Source: Eukaryota sp. TZLM1-RC
Lineage: Eukaryota > Protista > Metamonada: BaSk clade
NCBI GenBank assembly: GCA_040285825.1
Contig: JAUPSS010000006.1
Coordinates: 1 to 64,000, forward strand
Direction: 5' to 3'
Length of the DNA: 64,000 bases
Below the pieces are notes generated by a model. It saw nothing but the letters and a program-made list of their open reading frames with translations. It ran no database searches and was not told where the DNA came from. Below are positions 13,274-27,600 of the stretch, one piece after another. How positions within the stretch are numbered: the first letter of the stretch is position 1; each line of letters opens with the position of its first letter. Made by a program: the position numbers and the translations under genes.

Positions 13274-16200
13274 CAAAAACGATACTCTTACACTTACAGC
13301 AATTGTTTTATTAGTTTACAACATTCAATTGTATACTTTTTGATTTTTTACTATTTTTACAATTTAATGTTTAAAAATTAATAAACTCAATTAATTCAAA
13401 TATATACAAAATCAATTGAAAATGTAATCATGAGTTTGTACTTATCAAGTAACACATAGCCAACATTACTCACACACAATTTCACACAAAGTTTGATCAC
13501 AAGTTGATCACATCTAGTACATAAGGACTACATGCAACTCACCTCATCACACCAATGACCATTCAACCAATCATACCAATGACTAATCAAATGACCATAG
13601 CACGGACTTTAACACCACAATTGTTATATTAATTGTCCCAAAATGGACTTTAAAGATTTGACCAATGATTGTAATAAACAACCATTGGTCAATATACGAA
13701 ACTAGGAACTTCATATGAGCCTCAGTAAATCGTATCAAAAACGATACTCTTACACTTACAGCAATTGTTTTATTAGTTTACAACATTCAATTGTATACTT
13801 TTTGATTTTTTACTATTTTTACAATTTAATGTTTAAAAATTAATACACTCAATTAATTCAAATATATACAAAATCAATTGAAAATGTAATCATGAGTTTG
13901 TACTGATCAAGTAACACATAGCCAACATTACTCACACACAATTTCACACAAAGTTTGATCACAAGTTGATCACATCTAGTACATAAGGACTACATGCAAC
14001 TCACCTCATCACACCAATGACCATTCAACCAATCATACCAATGACTACTCAAATGACCATAGCACGGACTTTAACACCACAATTGTTATATTAATTGTCC
14101 CAAAATGGACTTTAAAGATTTGACCAATGATTGTAATAAACAACCATTGGTCAATATACGAAACTAGGAACTTCATATGAGCCTCAGTAAATCGTATCAA
14201 AAACGATACTCTTACACTTACAGCAATGGTTTTATTAGTTTGCAACATTCAATTGTATACTTTTTGATTTTTTACTTTTTTTACAATTTAATGTTTAAAA
14301 ATTAATACACTCAATTAATTCAAATATATACAAAATCATTTGAAAATGTAATCATGAGTTTGTACTGATCAAGTAACACATAGCCAACATTACTAACACA
14401 CAATTTCACACAAAGTTTGATCACAAGTTGATCACATCTAGTACATAAAGACTACATGCAACTCATCTAATCATACCAATGACCATTCAACCAATCATAC
14501 CAATGACTAATGACCATAGCACGGACTTTAACACCACAATTGTTATATTAATTGTCCCAAAATGGACTTTAAAGATTTGACCAATGATTGTAATAAACAA
14601 CCATTGGTCAATATACGAAACTAGGAACTTCATATGAGCCTCAGTAAATCGTATCAAAAACGATACTCTTACACTTACAGCAATTGTTTTATTAGTTTAC
14701 AACATTCAATTGTCTACTTTTTGATTTTTTACTTTTTTTACAATTTAATGTTTAAAAATTAATGAACTCAATTAATTCAAATATATACAAAATCAATTGA
14801 AAATGTAATCATGAGTTTGTTCTGATCAAGTAACACATAGCCAACATTACTCACACACAATTTCACACAAAGTTTGATCACAAGTTGATCACATCTAGTG
14901 CATAAGGACTACATGCAACTCACCTAATCATACCAATGACCATTCAACCAATCATACCAATGACTACTCAAATGACCATAGCACGGACTTTAACACCACA
15001 ATTGTTATAATAATTGTCCCAAAATGGACTTTAAAGATTTGACCAATGATTGTAATAAACAACCATTGGTCAATATACGAAACTAGGAACTTCATATGAG
15101 CCTCAGTAAATCGTATCAAAAACGATACTCTTACACTTACAGCAATTGTTTTATTAGTTTACAACATTCAATTGTATACTTTTTGATTTTTTACTATTTT
15201 TACAATTTAATGTTTAAAAATTAATAAACTCAATTAATTCAAATATATACAAAATCAATTGAAAATGTAATCATGAGTTTGTACTGATCAAGTAACACAT
15301 AGCCAACATTACTCACACACAATTTCACACAAAGTTTGATCACAAGTTGATCACATCTAGTACATAAGGACTACATGCAACTCACCTCATCACACCAATG
15401 ACCATTCAACCAATCATACCAATGACTAATCAAATGACCATAGCACGGACTTTAACACCACAATTGTTATATTAATTGTCCCAAAATGGACTTTAAAGAT
15501 TTGACCAATGATTGTAATAAACAACCATTGGTCAATATACGAAACTAGGAACTTCATATGAGCCTCAGTAAATCGTATCAAAAACGATACTCTTACACTT
15601 ACAGCAATTGTTTTATTAGTTTACAACATTCAATTGTATACTTTTTGATTTTTTACTATTTTTACAATTTAATGTTTAAAAATTAATAAACTCAATTAAT
15701 TCAAATATATACAAAATCAATTGAAAATGTAATCATGAGTTTGTACTTATCAAGTAACACATAGCCAACATTACTCACACACAATTTCACACAAAGTTTG
15801 ATCACAAGTTGATCACATCTAGTACATAAGGACTACATGCAACTCACCTCATCACACCAATGACCATTCAACCAATCATACCAATGACTAATCAAATGAC
15901 CATAGCACGGACTTTAACACCACAATTGTTATATTAATTGTCCCAAAATGGACTTTAAAGATTTGACCAATGATTGTAATAAACAACCATTGGTCAATAT
16001 ACGAAACTAGGAACTTCATATGAGCCTCAGTAAATCGTATCAAAAACGATACTCTTACACTTACAGCAATTGTTTTATTAGTTTACAACATTCAATTGTA
16101 TACTTTTTGATTTTTTACTATTTTTACAATTTAATGTTTAAAAATTAATAAACTCAATTAATTCAAATATATACAAAATCAATTGAAAATGTAATCATGA

Positions 16201-19200
16201 GTTTGTACTGATCAAGTAACACATAGCCAACATTACTCACACACAATTTCACACAAAGTTTGATCACAAGTTGATCACATCTAGTACATAAAGACTACAT
16301 GCAACTCATCTAATCACACCAATGACCATTCAACCAATCATACCAATGACTAATCAAATGACCATAGCACGGACTTTAACACCACAATTGTTATATTAAT
16401 TGTCCCAAAATGGACTTTAAAGATTTGACCAATGATTGTAATAAACAACCATTGGTCAATATACGAAACTAGGAACTTCATATGAGCCTCAGTAAATCGT
16501 ATCAAAAACGATACTCTTACACTTACAGCAATGGTTATATTAGTTTGCAACATTCAATTGTATACTTTTTGATTTTTTACTTTTTTTACAATTTAATGTT
16601 TAAAAATTAATACACTCAATTAATTCAAATATATACAAAATCATTTGAAAATGTAATCATGAGTTTGTACTGATCAAGTAACACATAGCCAACATTACTC
16701 ACACACAATTTCACACAAAGTTTGATCACAAGTTGATCACATCTAGTACATAAGGACTACATGCAACTCACCTCATCACACCAATGACCATTCAACCAAT
16801 CATACCAATGACTAATCAAATGACCATAGCACGGACTTTAACACCACAATTGTTATATTAATTGTCCCAAAATGGACTTTAAAGATTTGACCAATGATTG
16901 TAATAAACAACCATTGGTCAATATACGAAACTAGGAACTTCATATGAGCCTCAGTAAATCGTATCAAAAACGATACTCTTACACTTACAGCAATTGTTTT
17001 ATTAGTTTACAACATTCAATTGTATACTTTTGATTTTTACTATTTTTACAATTTAATGTTTAAAAATTAATACACTCAATTAATTCAAATATATACAAAA
17101 TCATTTGAAAATGTAATCATGAGTTTGTACTGATCAAGTAACACATAGCCAACATTACTAACACACAATTTCACACAAAGTTTGATCACAAGTTGATCAC
17201 ATCTAGTACATAAAGACTACATGCAACTCATCTAATCATACCAATGACCATTCAACCAATCATACCAATGACTAATCAAATGACCATAGCACGGACTTTA
17301 ACACCACAATTGTTATATTAATTGTCCCAAAATGGACTTTAAAGATTTGACCAATGATTGTAATAAACAACCATTGGTCAATATACGAAACTAGGAACTT
17401 CATATGAGCCTCAGTAAATCGTATCAAAAACGATACTCTTACACTTACAGCAATTGTTTTATTAGTTTACAACATTCAATTGTATACTTTTGATTTTTAC
17501 TTTTTTACAATTTAATGTTTAAAAATTAATACACTCAATTAATTCAAATATATACAAAATCATTTGAAAATGTAATCATGAGTTTGTACTGATCAAGTAA
17601 CACATAGCCAACATTACTAACACACAATTTCACACAAAGTTTGATCACAAGTTGATCACATCTAGTACATAAAGACTACATGCAACTCATCTAATCATAC
17701 CAATGACCATTCAACCAATCATACCAATGACTAATCAAATGACCATAGCACGGACTTTAACACCACAATTGTTATATTAATTGTCCCAAAATGGACTTTA
17801 AAGATTTGACCAATGATTGTAATAAACAACCATTGGTCAATATACGAAACTAGGAACTTCATATGAGCCTCAGTAAATCGTATCAAAAACGATACTCTTA
17901 CACTTACAGCAATTGTTTTATTAGTTTACAACATTCAATTGTATACTTTTGATTTTTTACTTTTTTTACAATTTAATGTTTAAAAATTAATACACTCAAT
18001 TAATTCAAATATATACAAAATCAGTTGAAAATGTAATCATGAGTTTGTACTGATCAAGTAACACATAGCCAACATTACTAACACACAATTTCACACAAAG
18101 TTTGATCACAAGTTGATCACATCTAGTACATAAAGACTACATGCAACTCATCTAATCATACCAATGACCATTCAACCAATCATACCAATGACTAATCAAA
18201 TGACCATAGCACGGACTTTAACACCACAATTGTTATATTAATTGTCCCAAAATGGACTTTAAAGATTTGACCAATGATTGTAATAAACAACCATTGGTCA
18301 ATATACGAAACTAGGAACTTCATATGAGCCTCAGTAAATCGTATCAAAAACGATACTCTTACACTTACAGCAATTGTTTTATTAGTTTACAACATTCAAT
18401 TGTATACTTTTTGATTTTTTACTTTTTTTACAATTTAATGTTTAAAAATTAATACACTCAATTAATTCAAATATATACAAAATCAGTTGAAAATGTAATC
18501 ATGAGTTTGTACTGATCAAGTAACACATAGCCAACATTACTCACACACAATTTCACACAAAGTTTGATCACAAGTTGATCACATCTAGTACATAAGGACT
18601 ACATCATGCAACTCACGTAATCACCAATGACCATTCAACCAATCATACCAATGACTACTCAAATGACCATAGCACGGACTTTAACACCACAATTGTTATA
18701 TTAATTGTCCCAAAATGGACTTTAAAGATTTGACCAATGATTGTAATAAACAACCATTGGTCAATATACGTAACCATTGGTCAATATTGAAAATGTAATC
18801 ATGAGTTTGTACTGATCAAGTAACACATAGCCAACATTACTAACACACAATTTCACACAAAGTTTGATCACAAGTTGATCACATCTAGTACATAAAGACT
18901 ACATGCAACTCACCAAATCAAACCAATGACCATTCAACCAATCAAACCAATGACTACTCAAATGACCATAGCACGGACTTTAACACCACAATTGTTATAT
19001 TAATTGTCCCAAAATGGACTTTAAAGATTTGACCAATGATTGTAATAAACAACCATTGGTCAATATACGAAACTAGGAACTTCATATGAGCCTCAGTAAA
19101 TCGTATCAAAACGATACTCTTACACTTACAGCAATTGTTTTATTAGTTTACAACATTCAATTGTATACTTTTGATTTTTACTTTTTTACAATTTAATGTT

Positions 19201-22200
19201 TAAAAATTAATACACTCAATTAATTCAAATATATACAAAATCATTTGAAAATGTAATCATGAGTTTGTACTGATCAAGTAACACATAGCCAACATTACTA
19301 ACACACAATTTCACACAAAGTTTGATCACAAGTTGATCACATCTAGTACATAAAGACTACATGCAACTCATCTAATCATACCAATGACCATTCAACCAAT
19401 CATACCAATGACTAATCAAATGACCATAGCACGGACTTTAACACCACAATTGTTATATTAATTGTCCCAAAATGGACTTTAAAGATTTGACCAATGATTG
19501 TAATAAACAACCATTGGTCAATATACGAAACTAGGAACTTCATATGAGCCTCAGTAAATCGTATCAAAAACGATACTCTTACACTTACAGCAATTGTTTT
19601 ATTAGTTTACAACATTCAATTGTATACTTTTTGATTTTTTACTTTTTACAATTTAATGTTTAAAAATTAATACACTCAATTAATTCAAATATATACAAAA
19701 TCATTTGAAAATGTAATCATGAGTTTGTACTGATCAAGTAACACATAGCCAACATTACTAACACACAATTTCACACAAAGTTTGATCACAAGTTGATCAC
19801 ATCTAGTACATAAAGACTACATGCAACTCATCTAATCATACCAATGACCATTCAACCAATCATACCAAAGACTAATCAAATGACCATAGCACGGACTTTA
19901 ACACCACAATTGTTATATTAATTGTCCCAAAATGGACTTTAAAGATTTGACCAATGATTGTAATAAACAACCATTGGTCAATATACGAAACTAGGAACTT
20001 CATATGAGCCTCAGTAAATCGTATCAAAAACGATACTCTTACACTTACAGCAATTGTTTTATTAGTTTACAACATTCAATTGTATACTTTTTGATTTTTT
20101 ACTTTTTTTTACAATTTAATGTTTAAAAATTAATACACTCAATTAATTCAAATATATACAAAATCATTTGAAAATGTAATCATGAGTATGTATTGACCAA
20201 CTAACACATAGCCAACATTACTCACACTCATTTTCACACAAAGTTTGATCACAAGTTGATCACATCTAGTACATAAAGACTACATGCAACTCATCTAATC
20301 ATACCAATGACCATTCAACCAATCATACCAATGACTAATCAAATGACCATAGCACGGACTTTAACACCACAATTGTTATATTAATTGTCCCAAAATGGAC
20401 TTTAAAGATTTGACCAATGATTGTAATAAACAACCATTGGTCAATATACGAAACTAGGAACTTCATATGAGCCTCAGTAAATCGTATCAAAAACGATACT
20501 CTTACACTTACAGCAATTGTTTTATTAGTTTACAACATTCAATTGTATACTTTTTTGATTTTTTACTTTTTTTACAATTTAATGTTTAAAAATTAATACA
20601 CTCAATTAATTCAAATATATACAAAATCAGTTGAAAATGTAATCATGAGTTTGTACTGATCAAGTAACACATAGGCAACATTACTCACACACAATTTCAC
20701 ACAAAGTTTGATCACAAGTTGATCACATCTAGTACATAAAGACTACATGCAACTCATCTAATCATACCAATGACCATTCAACCAATCATACCAATGACTA
20801 ATCAAATGACCATAGCACGGACTTTAACACCACAATTGTTATATTAATTGTCCCAAAATGGACTTTAAAGATTTGACCAATGATTGTAATAAACAACCAT
20901 TGGTCAATATACGAAACTAGGAACTTCATATGAGCCTCAGTAAATCGTATCAAAAACGACACTCTTACACTTACAGCAATTGTTTTATTAGTTTACAACA
21001 TTCAATTGTATACTTTTTGATTTTTTACTTTTTTTACAATTTAATGTTTAAAAATTAATACACTCAATTAATTCAAATATATACAAAATCATTTGAAAAT
21101 GTAATCATGAGTTTGTACTGATCAAGTAACACATAGCCAACATTACTCACACACAATTTCACACAAAGTTTGATCACAAGTTGATCACATCTAGTACATA
21201 AAGACTACATGCAACTCACCAAATCACACCAATGACCATTCAACCAATCAAACCAATGACTACTCAAATGACCATAGCAAGGACTTTAACACCACAATTG
21301 TTATATTAATTGTCCCAAAATGGACTTTAAAGATTTGACCAATGATTGTAATAAACAACCATTGGTCAATATACGAAACTAGGAACTTCATATGAGCCTC
21401 AGTAAATCGTATCAAAAACGATACTCTTACACTTACAGCAATTGTTTTATTAGTTTACAACATTCAATTGTATACTTTTTGATTTTTTACTTTTTTTACA
21501 ATTTAATGTTTAAAAATTAATACACTCAATTAATTCAAATACATACAAAATCAATTGAAAATGTAATCATGAGTACTGATCAAGTAACACATAGCCAACA
21601 TTACTCACACACAATTTCACACAAAGTTTGATCACAAGTTGATCACATCTAGTACATAAGGACTACATCATGCAACTCACGTAATCACCAATGACCATTC
21701 AACCAATCATACCAATGACTACTCAAATGACCATAGCACGGACTTTAACACCACAATTGTTATATTAATTGTCCCAAAATGGACCTTAAAGATTTGACCA
21801 ATGATTGTAATAAACAACCATTGGTCAATTTACGAAACTAGGAACTTCATATGAGCCTCAGTAAATCGTATCAAAAACGATACTCTTACACTTACAGCAA
21901 TTGTTTTATTAGTTTACAACATTCAATTGTATACTTTTTGATTTTTTACTATTTTTACAATTTAATGTTTAAAAATTAAAACAATTTTGAATTTTGCTTC
22001 ATAAATTTTGCTTTTTTTATATATTTTTCATTGGTTGATCGACTATGATTCTGTGAATTTTGCTTTATTTAAACCTGAAGAGTAAAACAAAAAGGTTGTT
22101 ACGGGTATAATTTAAATTTTCAACCTGCGTCTGAAACCGATTCTTCTAGGAATTACGATTTCATACCATGTGTTTGTTTTCCAACTACCAAATAATGAAT

Positions 22201-22511
22201 ACACTTTCATTTTGACACTATTTACCTCTGGTCTTCCATAATGACTTGGATGATGAATTTGGCTTTCTTCTCTTGCAACTTCATCACAGGGAATTGAAAT
22301 TGGGAGGTACTGTTGTACATTGTGATACTCCAAATTTAGGTTCAACTTTTCGGTCTTGGAAATCTACCGGATAGATGTTATTCAATCGCTAAACTTCATA
22401 ATTAACAATTTCGAAAAGGTTAATTAAACTCAGTTGTAAAAAGAAACTTTATTTTCATATTGTTTATTTCATTTTCATATCAAACTGGTTTGTTGTACAA
22501 CAACATGATTA

Positions 22512-22640
22512 AACTTTTATTACACTTACACACTTAACATAATTAACTCATAAATAATGAGACGAAAATAATTTAACCAAGATTTCTTCCACAAAATCTT
22601 GATCTGCTTGCTCTCTAGCTAATGCTTCTCTAATGAGATT
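22512..22640 (-). mobile_element. 3' stub of a family-B-like CRE retrotransposon
   Basis: Encodes ...EALAREQADQDFVEEILV-like terminus plus a 3' UTR similar to 34020-34145. Confidence 0.75.
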
Positions 22641-22654
22641 TTTTTTCAAATTAT

Positions 22655-24069
22655 TTATTTTTAAAACTGGAATAAGTATTGAGATAAAAAAACCCATCTA
22701 GAATTCAATATCCTCCAAACAAGCGTCACTATTACTGAACCCACTCACAGCATTACGTTTATACTCTACACCAATAGCTAAAAGCGCCTTTGATATCATT
22801 GCTGGAATTAGACTTGAAAATGCAGAAAACAATTCTATTTAACCAGAAAGTTGAGTTCATTGTTTTACCAGACTTATTCAGTAACACTCTTTTGAAGTTC
22901 TCAAAAAAGTGCAACCCTGAAGGTCCAATATTGCCAAAAAGAGAAATTGCAAACGGCACAAACTGATATTTCACATGTTCCACTCTACCTAACTGTGCCA
23001 AAGATTCTTCATATTTTTTATCTTCTTTTTTTCGGCGTTAGATAACGGCGAGTTAGCGGAATACACTAAACGAGCAGCAGAATTTTTGCAAACATCCACT
23101 GAGACAACGTCTACAACATTGAGAACACCATCAATCCCTGGAGCTACTAAATCTGCCCTTCTTTTACCAAAGGAATCATCAGTTTGATTTGAAGACAGCT
23201 TACGTACTAGTGGCTCAATAAATGCCTCTATATTGAAACTTTTGCACATGGCATATAATTGATCACGAACTGAGTCATGAACAAGTGAGCGATAAGATAT
23301 AAAATACTTACAGTTTAAAATATGGGAAAGCGTAACAACACTCTTGCAGTGACAAATTAAATCATTTGGTAATGAACAAGGCCATAAAAAACATCTCATT
23401 CTCATTGCATTGGTCCATTGGTGATCATTAAGTAGAAGGCCATAAATGTTCGGAATTTGGGAGATTAGAAAACTTGAACAACTGTCTTTAAGATCAATCA
23501 AAAAGTTTGCAAAAACGGGATTTTTTTCCTTAGCCAAGCTAAGACGTACAATATAATCCAAGTTTTCTAAAACTTTCAAGGTTTTGTTCTGCAATTTTGC
23601 ATAAGTCAGTGGTAAGGAGAGCAAGCTTCTTGAAGGAAGTTCCACAATATCAGAGGGGAAACATTTAGCCCAAATATTGGGTGAAAGAGTTTCAATTTCC
23701 TGTTGCAATGAAACAAGATAAGAGCTGCCACAATTTTCAATGAGATGAATTTTTTCAGGAAAACGATTCACAAATTCATAAATAAAATTCTTTCCACCTC
23801 CAATAAAAGCAGCTTTACAAAGGTAGCTTGATTTATGAAAATCAACACCACCAAAATTTGTACTAAAAAAATGTGGCTTCGTAACTGAGATGCATCAATT
23901 TCCAATAATTTGCTAAAAAATTGGTTCTCTGTTCATTAAAAATGCGACAAAACTCCAAAGAAATTGATGGTGATGTTGATCTCAAAATATGAGTGAATTT
24001 TTCAGAATAACAGATTTTTAGAAAAAAGAATTTCAAATGTTTCTCAATATTTAAATTTTCTATTGATTC
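22655..24069 (-). mobile_element. 5'-truncated, frameshifted CRE-like RLE retrotransposon (family A, copy 1)
   Basis: CHC...HILNC knuckle, HD...RRADLV...VVDV...KKKIK RLE motifs. Highly similar to 38581-39995. Confidence 0.88.
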
Positions 24070-24118
24070 ACTAGAATAAGAAATAGACCTCAAGACATTC
24101 ATTATTCATTCGCCAATC

Positions 24119-24688
24119 ATGTGGATACTTTTCCTCCTTCTTGTCATCATTGCTTTGGTTACTGCATGTGAATACAGTTGTGGTGGTTCTTCTTGTTCCG
24201 TATCCAGTGACTTTAGTGGTCGATGTTCTTGTAAACAACTCAAACATCCCAAGTCCAGTGTAACACGTCATTATGCCCTCTGCGACGCCATGTCTGCCAC
24301 ATCATGCAGTAGAACAGATGGATGGGGCTTTGGTTGTTCTGTGGAAGGTCGTTCAGCAAAGTGCTCATTAATAACTGCTTCTCAAGGTAATGTTCACTAT
24401 TTCATTCCAACTTGCGGATCCATGTCTTCTAAGAGATGTTCTATGAACTTAGGGACCTTGGGTAGGTGTGAGATCATCGGTTCAAGCTCCAGGTGTGATC
24501 ATCGCTTCTTCTCTGCTGATTCTAAGAACTTTCTCATTCCTCAATGTCAGTCCAACCATGGTATCCAATGCTCAATGGATTGTGCAGGGAAGTCTTGTAG
24601 TGTAGACTGCTCGAGTCAAAGGGGTAATGCTAGGTGTGATTGCCACTATGCATTAGGAGTGCTCCAGCCTAGGTGTAGGTGTGTGTGA
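24119..24688 (+). CDS. Secreted cysteine-rich protein (189 aa) with internal repeats
   Basis: Hydrophobic signal peptide MWILFLLLVIIALVTA, many regularly spaced Cys, a repeated (F/L)IPxC...CSM motif, and higher GC than the flanks. Confidence 0.8.
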   Translation: MWILFLLLVIIALVTACEYSCGGSSCSVSSDFSGRCSCKQLKHPKSSVTRHYALCDAMSATSCSRTDGWGFGCSVEGRSAKCSLITASQGNVHYFIPTCGSMSSKRCSMNLGTLGRCEIIGSSSRCDHRFFSADSKNFLIPQCQSNHGIQCSMDCAGKSCSVDCSSQRGNARCDCHYALGVLQPRCRCV

Positions 24689-27600
24689 TATTTCCAGTTA
24701 AAGTTCTTGTAAATATTTCGATTCATCAAATTTGATTGCATTCTATGCTGTATTTTTACAACGACATGGTAGAGTAATAGAAATCAGTTCTTGAGATCGG
24801 ATTTCCATTACTTTTAAAAAAAGTTGAGGAATTCATTTTGTTACATAATAATTGAGCAACAGATTTTCATTGACATTTTCATTGAAACAAAAGATTACGA
24901 TGATTGGGTACAGATAAGCCATATACACAGGTTTTAACTCTAAAAACAAACACAGGACTCATTAACTGTGAATTTTTGTTCAAAATGAACAAATTCTTCG
25001 TATATTTGCTGAATTTGATTTTGTTCTTCCTTTGAAAGTGGGTTTTCAATATGGGGAAATAGAAAATTTTTGAATTGAATTATTACAAACATCTACATTT
25101 AAAGCAATAGTTGTATTCCCACCAATGACAGGAAACCTAATGTCACCTCCCCTATAACTGATTTTTTCAATTTCTTATGTTTCTCTTTATCGATGTATTG
25201 TTCTTAACAAAACTAAAAATCAATGTCTCTACTATTACCGAAAGAATTTTCTTCATTTTCCACAACAAGTTTCGAGAATACTGATCCTAAATAGGACACA
25301 ATTATGTAAGTTTTGCACATGACTTGTAACTGATCTCCAACTGCTTCATGTTCTTTTTTGAACCTGAAATACATCCATTAAATATATATAAAAAACGAAT
25401 TAAACAATACAGAGATTAAAAATACCACTATCCAACATTTATGTTACTATTGAAGAATACGTAGGTGCCAGAGCAACGAATATGAGTACATGTTGGGTCT
25501 CAATTAACGAGCTATTCTGTTGACTGATAATTTTTTGCACATCCACATTACTGACGACCAAACCCAAATTATGAGTCATCTCCATTCTTATCTTTTAGTT
25601 GATTTGTTATACACCACGTGAGTTAGTTGTCAGCGTGCCAACTTGACTTTAGATGACACGCACCAAATTTGGCAAAATTTGAATTATTCGTCATTATCTG
25701 AACCCAAATTTTTAAAACTTACTTCTGTCGACATTGAGTGGTTCAATCTATCATTTTTGAACAATCAAATTCAGAACAGATCACTTAATTATTGATCAAT
25801 CTTTTCCAAAATTTCAAAATTATTAACTTTTTTCAAAATCCAAATTTTTGTGAGCTAGTACTCCACTTTTATTACCATCTCAATTAGACATCGAAGGGGT
25901 CAATTACATTGCTGAAAAATTTGGAAGGTGTCTGCTTAATTCTGACGTTTGCCTACAGACCTCAGGGAAAATGTATTTTTCAAATGGGTTGTCACCAAAA
26001 AAAATGTTGAACATTATGAAAACTTTACCTCCACAAAAGTTTGAAGTATTTACCACACCTAGCTGATTTTGCGTGTTTCTCCATTGGTCTATTAAATAAG
26101 AACTTGTTATTGAGCTCTTTGGACAAGCTCTGACAATGAACAAATACTATTTCTTTCGACTGCTTTTGTAGTTTGTTTTGGTTTTCCATTCAATTCCAAA
26201 TTATTGCATGATCCCGACTCTTTTGATTCAAATTAATCAATAAATCAATCAACCAGACTCTTTTTGACCAATATATCAAGCTACTCACATCAGAATGTCA
26301 CTCATTAATCGACACTTTGAAATTGGCTTTACTATTAAAATGATCTTTTGCTTCAATGGTTCCTTTTGATAGCTGTTGTCCATCACAGTTAATGAATAGC
26401 TCACAAAAATTTTGACAAAATAAGGGAGACAATAATTATGATCCCGTCCTAATTTCAAATTTTGATTTCGATTCCCTACTGGTCATTTCTGAGCAGTCGT
26501 CGTTTGAATTCACTTAATTTTAGTGATCTTTCTGCAGCGGATATTCAAAATTTGGCCTCGTGTTTACCTAAATTTTGGATGTTCTCGATTCCATGTTTTT
26601 CTACCTCCATTAGCTGACATGTTTATAAGTAAAGCTCACCAATTTTTTGCATCAACGGGTTTACTGGAATTTTCGAATATGTTGAATATTGAACAACCAC
26701 TATCAGGTCTTTTTTCGTTTACTTGTTTACCAATTAAAACATTAGAGAATCGAAAAAAAAAGAATTAAAAAGTCTTTATTAAAGGAATCTCTCAATGCAA
26801 TTTTTGAACTTTCCGTTCTTTTCCTCCCCCCAGTCGAGTTGAGTCTCGTTGACTTTCTTATCAATTTTGACAGACCTTTTGATTTTTTCGTCAAACCAAT
26901 TTATATTCCAATTGCTTGTTTACTAACAGCAATTTCGAATTATTCCATTGAATTTAGGGATTTTGTCTCCAACAGAGATTCCAAATTTCTTAAATGTATC
27001 AGTACGGTGATCTCTTCTTTCAAATTTTGGAATTTTTTGTTAACTGCTGAGTATTTAGACATAAATGATCTTCCAATAATTTAATTTTACGAATTTCCAA
27101 ATGTTATTTTAAAACTTCACTTTGAAATTCTTCTACAGTTGAAATTTCTATTAACAGAGAAGAGAGCATTTCTGGTTCATGCACTTTATGCTTTCCTAAA
27201 GAATTTCCTCAAATCCTGTTTTCTCAACTTCTGTACAATCGCACCAAAGAACAGATCTCCGAACAAATGCTGTTCCTGGTTTTTCCAGTTTTGGACATTC
27301 GTCTCCCCACATCTTTTGAAACGTCATCATCAGCTACTTCCTACTTTGTGTCTGTTCTAAAATCACTATGTCAGGTGTTACATTTACTATTCTGTTTGCT
27401 TGTCCACCGATGGAAGCATCCCTAACAAAAATTGCCAGAATTGTAAACACAGCTATCATCGGACTCGTTTGAATACGTGGTTTGCTTCGTCTGATTCACA
27501 GAGATGTCCTCTTTGTCAGCATATTATCTACTAATTTATTTTCAAATATTGAAAATTTTTGTCATCACCTACTGCTTTTCATATGTTTTATTCCATTCAT

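Larger units (their letters stand above)
1..21978. repeat. Tandem array of a ~460-bp unit, about 45 copies, open at the left edge of the window and interrupted at 11937-13261
   Basis: The unit marker AATTGTTTTATTAG recurs every ~458-462 bp (about 1, 460, 922 ... 11503, 13301 ... 21440, 21899). Units are near-identical apart from homopolymer lengths and a few shared variants. Confidence 0.98.

Noticed and set aside
14045-16553. 67-aa ORFs at 14045-14248 and 16350-16553
   Set aside because: Created by a point variant present in only two repeat units; all other units lack them.
1-21978. CRISPR array
   Set aside because: There are no unique spacers, and the context is eukaryotic.
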